Shown here: in pieces, positions 9,502 through 19,954 of the stretch | Position numbering within the stretch: the stretch's first letter is position 1 | Layout: every line of letters begins with the position of its first letter | Source: Candidatus Latescibacterota bacterium | GTDB taxonomy: Bacteria > Latescibacterota > UBA2968 > GCA-2709665 | Assembly: GCA_965205485.1 (NCBI GenBank) | Contig: OZ242180.1 | Span: 2,592,001-2,656,000, forward strand | Direction of reading: 5' to 3' | DNA: 64,000 nucleotides | Program-made: the position numbers and the translations under genes | Notes under the pieces: model-generated | What the model saw: the letters and a program-made list of their open reading frames with translations, nothing else | What the model was told of the DNA's origin: nothing | The model's database searches: none

Positions 9502-10428
9502 CTATTGAGCGAATTCATAGACGAGCGAACCGGCCGGCGCATCTTTGAGTTGTAGAACAATGGTGCCTGAATCCTGTCGGTACGCCTTCTGGTACAGCGC
9601 CTTGATCGGCGCCAGATCGAATAGATATCCTTCAGTGATCCACGCCTCACATGGGTCGTCATTGGCATTGTGGGCGAGAGCGACGTTGAGCTGCACCGGA
9701 TCCGACTCCATGAAGGCGCCCGATGCGACCAGCGTGAACTGGTGATCCCTGCATCCGCCGCTGTATGACACCTTTACGGCAAGCGTGTCGGCCGTTATCG
9801 CGGCCTCGTTCAGCTCAAAAGCGTCCTTGCCCCACTTGTCCGTCGCATCCGTGCCGGCGTCGACGATAACCGTGGCGCCACGCTGTTTCGGTTCCTCAAG
9901 CCCGTCGTCGTCAAACGGCGTGGAAGCGGTCACCCTTGCCTTTTCGCCGACGGGGAGTTCTACCGTCAGTTCATATCCACCGTTAACGGGAATACTCGAC
10001 CAGGTACCCAGCAGACGCCCGTCCCGCCGGGCCCGCGCCTGGTAGTATCCACTCACGTCGTCCGCGTGAATCTCCACGCGGGTTTCGCCACGCTCGTCGG
10101 TTGTGCCAGACCACTCGAAGTTGGGCGACCGACCCGATATGGAACGCGTGAACGCCACGGCCACGTCACGAAGAGGTGTCTGACCTTGCCGCAATACGGC
10201 AACCACCACGGCCCGTGCGAGATCCTTGTTTACGGCAACCACGGTATCCGACAGGTCGTTGTCCGTGGCCGGTTTACTCAGCGGACCTGCAATCTGTCCG
10301 TTCGACTGTCGAGCGTTCGACTCGCCGGAATTCGTTATTCCCGGCGTCACCACACGATCACCGCTGCAAGTCCACGTCAAGCCTGCGGCGAGCGCCAGCG
10401 CAAATACACTGTGGATGCGACTGAACAT
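9502..10428 (-). CDS. Hypothetical secreted protein or lipoprotein
   Basis: AGGAGG RBS; signal peptide ending LTWTC; C-terminal domain with YSGGC...DPCEA cysteine pair. Confidence 0.7.
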   Translation of the reverse strand: MFSRIHSVFALALAAGLTWTCSGDRVVTPGITNSGESNARQSNGQIAGPLSKPATDNDLSDTVVAVNKDLARAVVVAVLRQGQTPLRDVAVAFTRSISGRSPNFEWSGTTDERGETRVEIHADDVSGYYQARARRDGRLLGTWSSIPVNGGYELTVELPVGEKARVTASTPFDDDGLEEPKQRGATVIVDAGTDATDKWGKDAFELNEAAITADTLAVKVSYSGGCRDHQFTLVASGAFMESDPVQLNVALAHNANDDPCEAWITEGYLFDLAPIKALYQKAYRQDSGTIVLQLKDAPAGSLVYEFAQ

Positions 10429-10648
10429 CGAAATCCTCCTTGATCCGGAACGTGGTCGGCGAGGATGGCGAAAAAGACGCTTGCGAATCATTTAAAGTTT
10501 AATCAATGAATGGTACGTAAGTTGCGTTTTTTCGTTTCCTGGAAGAGCATGAGACATATATTGGGGGATCCAGGATTCGTGGCGGCGGCTTCTGCTGGCG
10601 TCTGCGCAGCGATGCCCCCGCGTCACTACAAAACGACGGAGGAATTCT

Positions 10649-11869
10649 ATGGACGAGATCAGAATAGGCGTTGCCGGACTGGGCCACCGCGGGCTGCACT
10701 GGATCCGGCTGCTTCAGAGCGCCCCGGGTTACCGGATCACGGCAATCTACGACTGGATCGAGCCGCTCCAGGAGCGGGCGCTGGCGGAGATTGCCTATCG
10801 CGACGACGTGAAGGTATTCAGCAACTACTACGATTTTCTGGCGTACGAGGGGATGGACGCGGTGGGTCTGGTGGTGAGGCAGCTGGAGCAGGGAACCATG
10901 GCCGCCGAGGCGCTGGAGGCGGGCAAGCACGTCAACGCCGAGGTCCCTGCTGCATATACGATGCAGGAATGCTGGCGTATCGTCACGAACGTGGAGCGGA
11001 CGGGGCTGGTGTACAGCCTTGCGGAGCAGACGCGGTTCTGGGGGTTCGTGGACGGCTGGAAGAAGCTGGTGGACGACGGAATGCTGGGCAAGATCACGTA
11101 TGCGGAAGGACAGTACCTGGGTTACTACGGCACCCATCAGTGGTTCCAGGATTACAACACCGGCAAGAATTACCCGGTTGAGGCGCTTGCCGACCACCCG
11201 GATGCCGAGCCCGCCAGTCCGCAATACCTGCCGTACATCATCTCCGCTTCGTACGATCTGAGCATACTGCTGAAGATCCTGGACGACCGCGTGATCGAGG
11301 TAACCTCGATGAGTACCAGGCCGCCCAGTTATACGACGCCGGAGATGCTCAACGCGGATATTCAGGTGGCGCTGATGAAGACGGAGAACGACACGCTGAT
11401 CCGGATGCTGAACGGGTTCAACCAGCCCAGGCCGCACGGCGACCACCACTGGTGGCAGATGATCGGCACGAAGGGAAGCGTGGAGTGGCGCCGGTCCGGA
11501 AAGGAAAAGCCGAAATTGTGGCTGGCGGACACGCAGATGAACGACTGGATGGAGGTCGACTGGCAGTACCGGCGGACCGACGCGCCCCCGGAGGCGCGGG
11601 GAAGCGGCCACGGCGACGCCGACTACTACGTGCACATGTATTTCAGAGACGCCATCCTCAAGGGAGAGTCGCTTGAGTACGACGTGTACCGGGTGATGGA
11701 CTCGATGGCGCCGGCGGTGCTGGCCGTGGATTCGATCGAGGAAGGCTCCAGGGTCGTCAGCGTCCCGGACTTCCGGCCCGGCGCGGATCGTCCTTCGGGA
11801 CAGATGCCGGCGGACCTGGGCGGGATCGGCGGACGCATCCACGTGACGAAGATGCCGGGGAGGCGGTAA
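10649..11869 (+). CDS. Gfo/Idh/MocA family oxidoreductase, GH109-like (copy 2)
   Basis: Near-collinear paralog of 2329-3525 with long identical stretches; GGAGG RBS. Confidence 0.85.
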   Translation: MDEIRIGVAGLGHRGLHWIRLLQSAPGYRITAIYDWIEPLQERALAEIAYRDDVKVFSNYYDFLAYEGMDAVGLVVRQLEQGTMAAEALEAGKHVNAEVPAAYTMQECWRIVTNVERTGLVYSLAEQTRFWGFVDGWKKLVDDGMLGKITYAEGQYLGYYGTHQWFQDYNTGKNYPVEALADHPDAEPASPQYLPYIISASYDLSILLKILDDRVIEVTSMSTRPPSYTTPEMLNADIQVALMKTENDTLIRMLNGFNQPRPHGDHHWWQMIGTKGSVEWRRSGKEKPKLWLADTQMNDWMEVDWQYRRTDAPPEARGSGHGDADYYVHMYFRDAILKGESLEYDVYRVMDSMAPAVLAVDSIEEGSRVVSVPDFRPGADRPSGQMPADLGGIGGRIHVTKMPGRR

Positions 11870-13203
11870 TGGCGCGTTTTAATTTCCGGGCGTTGTGGCC
11901 GGGAATGGTCGCGGCCGTTGCCTGCGCCGTCGCCGTTTCCGCCGCCGCCCAGGTCCCTCGCGAAATTCTGGCCCTCAGCCCCGACGTCAGGGGATTGGGC
12001 GCCGATGCGGCCGCGAAATGGAAGTCCGTCGATCTGCGTGACGGCGAGGACGGAACGCTCGCGGGGACCAATTCCTACGGCATCAACGCGGCCGATTTCG
12101 ACCGGGACGGCGACCTGGACCTCGTCGTGGCCTTTCAATCGGGCGGGGCAAAGATCCCGGACGAGGACCGTGAGTACGGCATGGTCTATTGGCTGGAGAA
12201 CCTGGCGCCTCCGCCGGATTCAGGATTGGCATTTCGTATTCATCCACTGGACGACCGGCAGGTCACGCCGAAAGACGCCGTTGTGGTACGCCGCACTGCC
12301 GGAGGGAACACGGCCGTTGTGGTCCCCTGCTATCTGTCGGGCGAGACCGTGATATACGAGACTTTAGATGGGGAGAGTTGGAGAAAACTCAGCCTCAGGT
12401 CGAAAGCGCTCGAGCTTCCGGTCAGGGCCGTGGTTGCGGACGTCGACGGAGACGACCTCGACGACATTGTGGTCACCTCCATCTCGGAGTCGGGCCGCAA
12501 AGTGGGGTGGTTTCGTCAGAACAGCAGCGAATCGGAGCCCTGGGAAGAAATGCCGATTCACGTGAACCTGCCTCCCATCATCGGCGTGGACGCGGGCGAC
12601 GTGGACCTTGACGGGGATTTGGACCTTGTGTGCGCCTCCGAGCACGCGTCCCGGCCGTTTCTCCTGATCAATGCCGATGGAAAGGGGACCGAGTGGAAGC
12701 GGGATTCCATCCGCGTGGAATCGCCCGATTCGGTGCGGCGATGGGTCGCCCGCTTTTCCGACAAACCCCTCTCCCAGGTCCATGCGCGATTTGCGGACCT
12801 CGACGGGGACGGGGACCTGGATTGCGTCGAGACGAGTCTCAGAAACGGGTATCTGGCCTGGCGTGAGTATCTCGGGCCCGGGATGGAGTGGAGATTTCAT
12901 GAGATCGCGGGCGGCCTCGGCCACGCCTATTCCTTCGACCTCGGAGACGTGGACCGGGACGGGCGATTGGATATCGTGGTGCCTTCCGACGGGGGAGACG
13001 GGGTTTACGTGTTCCGGAACGTCAGGGGAGATGGAACCATGTGGGAGGCGACGCGTCTCGGCGACGGCGCGGGCCTCAACTGGCCGAATATCGTCCGTCT
13101 CGCGGATTTGGACGGTGACGGTTACGACGATGTCATGTCCACGGATTGGGGGACCAGGGCCGTCTTCTGGATCAATCCGTTCACGCCGGCGGCCGGAAAC
13201 TGA
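11869..13203 (+). CDS. Secreted FG-GAP/VCBS repeat beta-propeller protein
   Basis: Signal peptide; repeated D-x-D-x-D-G-D-x-D motifs (ADFDRDGDLD, ADVDGDDLDD, GDVDLDGDLD, ADLDGDGDLD, GDVDRDGRLD, ADLDGDGYDD). Confidence 0.9.
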   Translation: MARFNFRALWPGMVAAVACAVAVSAAAQVPREILALSPDVRGLGADAAAKWKSVDLRDGEDGTLAGTNSYGINAADFDRDGDLDLVVAFQSGGAKIPDEDREYGMVYWLENLAPPPDSGLAFRIHPLDDRQVTPKDAVVVRRTAGGNTAVVVPCYLSGETVIYETLDGESWRKLSLRSKALELPVRAVVADVDGDDLDDIVVTSISESGRKVGWFRQNSSESEPWEEMPIHVNLPPIIGVDAGDVDLDGDLDLVCASEHASRPFLLINADGKGTEWKRDSIRVESPDSVRRWVARFSDKPLSQVHARFADLDGDGDLDCVETSLRNGYLAWREYLGPGMEWRFHEIAGGLGHAYSFDLGDVDRDGRLDIVVPSDGGDGVYVFRNVRGDGTMWEATRLGDGAGLNWPNIVRLADLDGDGYDDVMSTDWGTRAVFWINPFTPAAGN

Positions 13204-13250
13204 AGTGATCCGGTTGGCAGGCCGCAAAGGACGTATATGAGTGTTGAATC

Positions 13251-15230
13251 GTGAGAGGCGAGAAACAGCCGGAAGCGCGGGTGACGCTTCGGTCGATCGT
13301 AATCGGTCTGTGCATTGCGACGGCCATGAGCCTGCTGGCCTGTACGGCCCGCTACATCCAGAAGGGGTCGTACATGATGGTCGCCCAGGTTCCGATGGGC
13401 GTCCTTTTGCTTTGCCTGGTATCGATACTGGCCTGCGCCGTGCTGGCCCGGAGGTTCGGGACCGCTTTCGTCCTGTCGCCGTCGGAATGGATCACGGTCT
13501 TCAGCATGGGGGTCATCAGCGCCATCGGGCCCAACTACGGTGTCAGCGGGTACCTGGTGGGAATGTTGGCGTCACCGTATTATTTCGCGACGCCGGAGAA
13601 CCGCTGGGCGGAGTACCTCCATCCACACCTGCCGGGATGGCTGGTCCCCACGAATGATAACCTGGCGATGTCCTGGTTCTACGAGGGGCTGCCCGGCCGG
13701 ACGTCGATTCCCTGGGACGTCTGGGGGCTTCCACTGATCTGGTGGCTCTCCTTTGTTTTTGTACTGGGCTTTTCATGTATCTGTATTTCCGTTCTCCTGC
13801 ACCGCCAGTGGGCCGACCATGAAAAACTGGTGTACCCGGCGCTGGCACCGGTACTGGAAATGGCATCGCGGGCCGGGTCAGGAAAGAGGTGGCTGCCGGA
13901 GTTCATGAAGGGCAAGGTGTTCTGGGCGGGATTCGCGCTGACGTCGATCGTCTTCTGGTGGAACATGATCGCCTGGTTCTACCCGATGGCCCCCAGCTTC
14001 CCCACGGCAACCGGTCGCTTTATCTGGGACCTCCTTCCCGAAGAATATCCTCCGTTTTTCATCTTTCTCAGCACGCCCGTTATCTGTTTTTCCTATTTCG
14101 CGAGCCTCGACGTGCTCTTCAGCATCTGGTTCTTCGACTTCGTGTACATGATCGAAGCGGGCGCGTTGAATCGCATAGGAATCGTCGCAACGTCGCCGCA
14201 CTACGGCGCCGGGCCCTATACGACCACGACCTACAAATGGCAGGCGGCCGGAGCGTTCGTGTCGCTGGTTTTCTGGTGGATCTGGATCTCCCGGCGCCAC
14301 CTGCGCGAAGTCGTCCGGAGCGCGTTTCACGCGCGCGGGTCTTCGCCCGGCGTCGGCCGGGAATTACTCTCCTATCGGGCAGCGCTGATCGGCCTTCTGG
14401 GCAGCTGCGTTTACATCGCGGCGTTTCTGGGGCGAATAGGGGTGGAGGCCGGGATGATCGCCCTGCTGATTCCAACGATGTTCATCGCCTATCTCTTCGT
14501 GGCCAAGGTCGTGGCCGATTCGGGAATCATCTATATCCAGCCGCCCGCGTCCGCCTGGGAACTCTCGGGCGCGCTGGTTGGCGGCGCGGGAGCCCTGAAT
14601 GCGTCCACGCGCGCGACCTTCGGCATGCTGTCATTCACCGTCAGCCATCCCAGGAGCTTCATCATGCCGCTGGTCGCGCAGATCAACCGCCTGGGCGATT
14701 TCGTCGGAAGGGACAAACGCCGGCTATTCTGGGGCGTGTTCGCGGCATTTGTCGTGGGGGTGATCAGCTCGACTTTGTACACGATCTGGCTGGGATACCA
14801 CGTGGGCGCCTACAATTTCCGACCCAACTGGCTGATCATCCACGAAGGCGAATGGCAGTACGGGATGACCGTAAACGAGATCCTGAACCCGGCGAGGATG
14901 CAGGCGATCGATTACTGGTTTCTGCTGTTCGGCGCCGTGGCGATGGTCCTTGTGAATCTGATGCGCTATCGGTTCGCCAGGTGGCCGTTACACCCGATCG
15001 GGTTTGCGCTGTCCGGCATCCCGGCGGCGCGCCGCATGGGGTCCACGCTCCTGGTGGCGTGGCTGGTGAAGCTGATCATGCTGAAGACAGGCGGGGTGGC
15101 GTTCTACCGGCGGTCGATGCCGTTTTTCCTGGGGATGCTCGTGGGATACATCCTCGCCGTGACGGCGGGGATGGTCGTGGACGCGATCTGGTTTCCGAAT
15201 CGGGGGCACGTCGTACACAAGTGGTATTGA
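13251..15230 (+). CDS. Large polytopic membrane protein (DUF6785/DUF6784-like), copy 2
   Basis: Full-length paralog of 3529-5532. Confidence 0.7.
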   Translation: MRGEKQPEARVTLRSIVIGLCIATAMSLLACTARYIQKGSYMMVAQVPMGVLLLCLVSILACAVLARRFGTAFVLSPSEWITVFSMGVISAIGPNYGVSGYLVGMLASPYYFATPENRWAEYLHPHLPGWLVPTNDNLAMSWFYEGLPGRTSIPWDVWGLPLIWWLSFVFVLGFSCICISVLLHRQWADHEKLVYPALAPVLEMASRAGSGKRWLPEFMKGKVFWAGFALTSIVFWWNMIAWFYPMAPSFPTATGRFIWDLLPEEYPPFFIFLSTPVICFSYFASLDVLFSIWFFDFVYMIEAGALNRIGIVATSPHYGAGPYTTTTYKWQAAGAFVSLVFWWIWISRRHLREVVRSAFHARGSSPGVGRELLSYRAALIGLLGSCVYIAAFLGRIGVEAGMIALLIPTMFIAYLFVAKVVADSGIIYIQPPASAWELSGALVGGAGALNASTRATFGMLSFTVSHPRSFIMPLVAQINRLGDFVGRDKRRLFWGVFAAFVVGVISSTLYTIWLGYHVGAYNFRPNWLIIHEGEWQYGMTVNEILNPARMQAIDYWFLLFGAVAMVLVNLMRYRFARWPLHPIGFALSGIPAARRMGSTLLVAWLVKLIMLKTGGVAFYRRSMPFFLGMLVGYILAVTAGMVVDAIWFPNRGHVVHKWY

Positions 15231-15458
15231 TTCCCTGAATAACAACCCGGATGGGCTTCTTCGATGGGCTGATAGACGCCCATTCCCGAAGCGGTCGTCT
15301 CACGTCTTTGCGCTTGACAGGAGGTGACCGGATATTAACTTGAAGAACGAGTGAAGAGACCGATGAAGCACGGGAAATCCGTGTGTTATTGACGATTCGG
15401 AAAGGAGGAAGGGCGCGTATTTCTCCCGCGTCATGAGGAGGTGCTTGCGCCCGGTTTC

Positions 15459-16610
15459 ATGGAAATTCGAGAGGTGCCCTTCGGATCCATGGGAGGGGTC
15501 TATGAGCAGGACGACGTCGATGCGGTCAGCGGGATGCTTACAGGCGTTGCTGAGTCGGAAGGCACGTTCTTTCCGCTCCCCGAAGAGAACGACTTTCAGA
15601 ATGCGTTCGCCGCGCACGAGGGCGCCCGAAAGGCGATAGCGGTCAACTCCTGCGGTACGGGCCTGGACTGCTGCATGATGGCGCTGGACGTCGGCCCGGG
15701 CGACGAGGTGATCACGACCCCGCTCACCTTTGTCTGCACGGCCGGTACCGCGATTGCCAGAGGCGCCCGGGTGGTGCTTGCCGACATCGATCCGGTGAGT
15801 CTGAATCTGGACCCCCGGACGGTAAGGGAGAAGATCACGGAGCGCACCCGGGCGATCATTCCGGTGCACTTTGCCGGCCTAGCGTGTGACGTGGACGCAT
15901 TCGACCGGATATCCGGGGAGACGGGCGTTCCGGTGATTTACGATGCGGCGCACGCGGTCGGTACCAGATACCGGGGGGAACCCGTCGGCGGACGGGGAAA
16001 GGCCTCGTGTTACAGTTTTCAGAGCAACAAGAATATGACGTGTCTGGGGGAGGGAGGCGCGGTTACGACTGACGACGAGGACTTCGCGGAACAGGTCCGG
16101 CAGTTGAAGACATTCGGTTACGTCTATGGCGGGAACGGGACACGGGTGGTGCGGGTCGGGTTCAACTACCGGATGACCAAACCCCAATACGCGGTCGGGC
16201 TTACCCAGTTGGCCAAGATAGACCGCGTGATCCAGGACCGCCGGGACCGGATGGTCCGTCTAAATGCGCTGCTGGCCGGCGTCGACGAGGTGATTCTACC
16301 CGCCGGACACGGCCCCGACCATGGGAGCCATCTGCACGTGATCCGCCTGGACACCGATGCCGTGGGATTCGCCACGGACGCGTTCGTCGCTCACCTGAAG
16401 GATCGATATCAGGTGGGGACCGCAAAGCACTACCCGCCGCTGTGGACATGGGACGCCCTTCAGGAGCTTGGGTACAACGGCGACGGCTGTCCGGTCGCGG
16501 CCAGGGTCTGCGAACAGGTCGTCAGTACGCCAGTGTTCCCAGGCACGACCGATGAGGATCTCGAATATATCGCCTGGGCGATCAAGCAGACGATTTCGGA
16601 GCTGGGATAG
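15459..16610 (+). CDS. DegT/DnrJ/EryC1/StrS family PLP-dependent aminotransferase
   Basis: GPGDEVIT, IIPVHFAG, DAAHA and SFQSNKNMTCLGEGG (PLP lysine); start approximate. Confidence 0.93.
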   Translation: MEIREVPFGSMGGVYEQDDVDAVSGMLTGVAESEGTFFPLPEENDFQNAFAAHEGARKAIAVNSCGTGLDCCMMALDVGPGDEVITTPLTFVCTAGTAIARGARVVLADIDPVSLNLDPRTVREKITERTRAIIPVHFAGLACDVDAFDRISGETGVPVIYDAAHAVGTRYRGEPVGGRGKASCYSFQSNKNMTCLGEGGAVTTDDEDFAEQVRQLKTFGYVYGGNGTRVVRVGFNYRMTKPQYAVGLTQLAKIDRVIQDRRDRMVRLNALLAGVDEVILPAGHGPDHGSHLHVIRLDTDAVGFATDAFVAHLKDRYQVGTAKHYPPLWTWDALQELGYNGDGCPVAARVCEQVVSTPVFPGTTDEDLEYIAWAIKQTISELG

Positions 16611-16679
16611 TAACAGAAACCGTATTTACAGCTTTATCAGCCGTCAGCAGCCAGCAATGCAGCGGGTAGCCAACCCGGG

Positions 16680-16764
16680 AGACGGGAGAGATTACCTGCC
16701 TTGTGAGGTTCTACGATCGGCCGGAGGCAAGAAGGAATAAAATAGCGGGCACGTTTCTTCTACC
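16680..16764. repeat. Dispersed ~85-bp structured repeat (family C), copy 1
   Basis: Shares agacgggagagattacctgcct ... tttcttctacc with 33583-33669. Confidence 0.65.
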
Positions 16765-17030
16765 CTCTCCCCGCCTTTGCAATTGTCGTCGCTGGGAGCA
16801 GGGCGGACATCATTTCGACACAAGGGTTGCCCCTACGACCTGAGCCGCTCCCTGAGCTCGTCGAAGGGTCGGCGGAACCCAGAGAGTTCAATTCCAAACA
16901 CGGGCATTTTAGCTCAATGACCACGTATCGAAGGGTTGTATGGGGCAAGTCTCCTCGTGACAGGCGCAGCCACACCGTTGGATGTGCGGCGACATGTTCC
17001 GAGTCGCCTCGAGACTGTGCAGGAGGAATA

Positions 17031-18026
17031 ATGGACAACGTGAGGTGGCTTCTTGTCGGCGCCGGAGATATCGCCCGCAAGCGGGTGGCCGCCGCACTCG
17101 CGGGGGCAGTGAATTCGGAATTGGTGGCGGTGTGCGACATGGTACAGGAAAACGCCCGCGCGCTGGCGTCCGAATACGACCTGTCCGAGGTCTACGCCGA
17201 TCTGGATGAGGCCCTGGCGAAGACGTCGGCGGACGCAGTCTACGTCGCAACGCCCGTATGGCTGCACGTGCCACACGCGGTTCAGGCCCTCGAAGCGGAC
17301 AAGCACGTGCTCGTGGAAAAACCCCTGGGCGTGACCGGTGAGGAATGTGCAAGCGCCATCGAGGCGGCCGAGCGCAGCGACAGGTTGGCCGGGTGTTCCT
17401 ATTTTCGGCGGCTTTTCCCGGCGTATCTCCAGGCGCGGGAGATGATCCGGAACGGCGAATTCGGCCAGGTCCTCCTCGTGCGCATCGTCTACTTTTCCTG
17501 GTTCAGCCCCGCGGATGACGATCCGAAACGCTGGCGCGTCTTCCGGGAGCGGTCCGGAGGCGGCCCCATCAGCGATATGGGCACGCACATGTTCGATGTG
17601 ATGATCGGGCTCCTGGGGATGCCGGTTTCGGTGTACGCCCGGTGCGAGAACCTGGTGCAGAAGTGGGACGTGGAGGACTGTGCGAGCATCGTCATGAAAC
17701 TTGATAACGGCGCATTGGTCACGGCGTCATTCAGCTGGAGTTCGCAGACCTGGCGGCACGAGTTTGAGATCGTAGGGTCCGAGGCCAAGGTGTACTGGCA
17801 TCCCTACGATTCGGGCGAGGTCGTCAAAACGGTGGGTCGGCAGGTGGATACGCTGGATCTGACACCCGACGACAACGTACACGGCCCGGTCGTCCAGGAT
17901 TTCGTCGATGCGGTTCGGGATGGACGCCAGCCGGTCTGCCCCCTCGGCGAAGCGGCGAAGACCAATGCGCTGCTGGATGCGATCTATCGGTCCGCGGCGG
18001 AGCATCGCGAGGTCGTGTTAGGCTGA
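17031..18026 (+). CDS. Gfo/Idh/MocA family oxidoreductase
   Basis: GAGDIA, ATP..LH, KHVLVEKP, GGGPISDMGTH; AGGAGG RBS. Confidence 0.92.
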   Translation: MDNVRWLLVGAGDIARKRVAAALAGAVNSELVAVCDMVQENARALASEYDLSEVYADLDEALAKTSADAVYVATPVWLHVPHAVQALEADKHVLVEKPLGVTGEECASAIEAAERSDRLAGCSYFRRLFPAYLQAREMIRNGEFGQVLLVRIVYFSWFSPADDDPKRWRVFRERSGGGPISDMGTHMFDVMIGLLGMPVSVYARCENLVQKWDVEDCASIVMKLDNGALVTASFSWSSQTWRHEFEIVGSEAKVYWHPYDSGEVVKTVGRQVDTLDLTPDDNVHGPVVQDFVDAVRDGRQPVCPLGEAAKTNALLDAIYRSAAEHREVVLG

Positions 18027-18102
18027 TAACGCGGAACTTCCCTGCGCTACCGACGGTATTCCAGGATTCTGAACACGAATCCGTTCCATCAATTCCCTGC
18101 TG

Positions 18103-19926
18103 ATGAAAACCATGAAGTCGATTCTGATCGTCAAGCCGGATGAGAACCTCGAGCACGACTTCGCGACGGAGATCCTGAAGGCCGAGGGACTGTTTCATTT
18201 CAACGTCCTCTCACAGAACGAGTTGGATCCGACTCGCCTGAAGGATGCGACCGTGGTGTTGACGCTTCGTGGGGCGTTCGGACGGCGGGCCTCCGGGATT
18301 CTCTTCGACTACGTGCGCGGCGGCGGGCGGCTGCTGGCGGTGATGCCGGACGGCGACCTGGCGGCAAGGCTGGGCGTGAAGCGCCGGGTTGTGGTGTCGA
18401 CCCAGAAAGTGGATCCGAACAAGGAAACGGCCTCGGAGCCTTCGGCAAACGAGCCCCAGGCGGTTTCGGACGGTCGGGTTGTCGTTCACCCCGCCGCCGG
18501 ACTTACGGTACCGCCTGAGCCGTTGTACTGCCCGCGGGAAACCGGGCTCAGCGTCTCGTGCGACGGCGAGGAACTGGCCGCGTTGGTCGACAACCTGGGA
18601 AAGCGGAGCGGTCCTGCCATTGTCCGGAAACGCATCGAACGGGGCAGGGCGTTTGTGCTGGCTTACGACGTGGTCGGGGCGGTGCTGCGGTTGAGACACG
18701 GAACCTGGGCGCTGGAACAGCAGGCCCAAATGCTGCCGCTGCGAGGGCCGAGGCATGTCTTCGGGCTGATCGGGATCGCAGAGCGTCACTCCCGGCAGCA
18801 CCCGCTGGCGGATATTCACCAGGACCTGTTCCGGGAGTTGCTGCTGGACCTGCACGGCGGCGGCATCGTGCCCCGCATCTGGCACATGCCCGATGCGCGG
18901 CGCGTGGCCGTCTTCTTCAAGTCGGACGGGTGCGGGGAGGAGGGCGCTCCGGTGGGGATGGACCTGGCGGAGCAGTACGGGCACAAGCATAATTTCTTCA
19001 GGGCGCCGGTGAGCCGGTACGAGGGGAAGTTGATCCGCGAGTGGCAGGACCGGGGCCACTTCATGTCGATCGAAGTGGATATATTTCCGCTTACGTACAA
19101 CCGCCTATTGAAAGAACTCGACGACGGGGTCCACGAACGCATCCGCACGGAAATGGAGGTCCAGGCGCGTCGTTTTACCGACGAAGCGGGTCTACCGGTG
19201 ACCGACATCGTGATCCACGGTTGCCAGTGGACGGGGGCCGGGACCGCGAAGATACTGACGGACCACGGATGGCGAATGCCGTTTCACTTCTGCGGCCACG
19301 ATCCGCGGATGAACAGGTACGACTTCGGACCGTTTTCGCTGGCGTCGGCCATGCCCATGCGCTACTTCGACCCGGACGAAGGGCTGCTGGACCTGTTTCT
19401 CCAGCCCTGCACGTTCGACGATTCGCAGAGCATCACCGAGCCAGGCGTCGGCACGCTGGGTCTGAGCCAGGTGGAGTACGCGGAGGCGGCAGTCCGTTGG
19501 GTCGTGGAGTCCCGCGACCGCTGGCACGTGCCGCACATCGGGACCTTCCACCCGTGTTATCTGATCCGGCCCAAAGGAGACCTGCGACGCACGTTCGAGG
19601 CGGCCAATATCGTGTACGCGTCCCTGGCGGCGATGGGCATCGAAACCGGCAGCCTGCAGGAGTGGTCCCGCTTCGTCCAGGCTCGGGACGCGTTGCGGGT
19701 TGAACTGCTGAGTTCCTGCCCGGAACGGGCGGTTGCCAGGCTGACGGCAATTGAGGCGATCGAGGGCCTGACGATCATCGCGGAGGGAGGCGGGGAGGTC
19801 TCGCGCGTGCTTCTGGACGGCCGTGAGCAGTCCCCCGTGACGCTCGAAGTTGAGGGGCGCCGGTGTTCGGCGGTCGTGATTTCCCTTGACCGGAACCAGG
19901 AAGCCGAATTGGCAATGGTGGCCTGA
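18103..19926 (+). CDS. Hypothetical protein; possible GATase-like N-domain plus deacetylase/GH57-like barrel
   Basis: 'LFDYVRGGGRLL' segment, KSDG and FHP motifs; coding-like codon usage. Confidence 0.55.
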   Translation: MKTMKSILIVKPDENLEHDFATEILKAEGLFHFNVLSQNELDPTRLKDATVVLTLRGAFGRRASGILFDYVRGGGRLLAVMPDGDLAARLGVKRRVVVSTQKVDPNKETASEPSANEPQAVSDGRVVVHPAAGLTVPPEPLYCPRETGLSVSCDGEELAALVDNLGKRSGPAIVRKRIERGRAFVLAYDVVGAVLRLRHGTWALEQQAQMLPLRGPRHVFGLIGIAERHSRQHPLADIHQDLFRELLLDLHGGGIVPRIWHMPDARRVAVFFKSDGCGEEGAPVGMDLAEQYGHKHNFFRAPVSRYEGKLIREWQDRGHFMSIEVDIFPLTYNRLLKELDDGVHERIRTEMEVQARRFTDEAGLPVTDIVIHGCQWTGAGTAKILTDHGWRMPFHFCGHDPRMNRYDFGPFSLASAMPMRYFDPDEGLLDLFLQPCTFDDSQSITEPGVGTLGLSQVEYAEAAVRWVVESRDRWHVPHIGTFHPCYLIRPKGDLRRTFEAANIVYASLAAMGIETGSLQEWSRFVQARDALRVELLSSCPERAVARLTAIEAIEGLTIIAEGGGEVSRVLLDGREQSPVTLEVEGRRCSAVVISLDRNQEAELAMVA

Positions 19927-19954
19927 CGCCGAAAGCGGATGAGAAGGAGGAGCG

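Noticed and set aside
15314..15340. Sigma70 promoter upstream of the aminotransferase
   Set aside because: TTGACA is present but there is no convincing -10 box at 16-18 nt spacing
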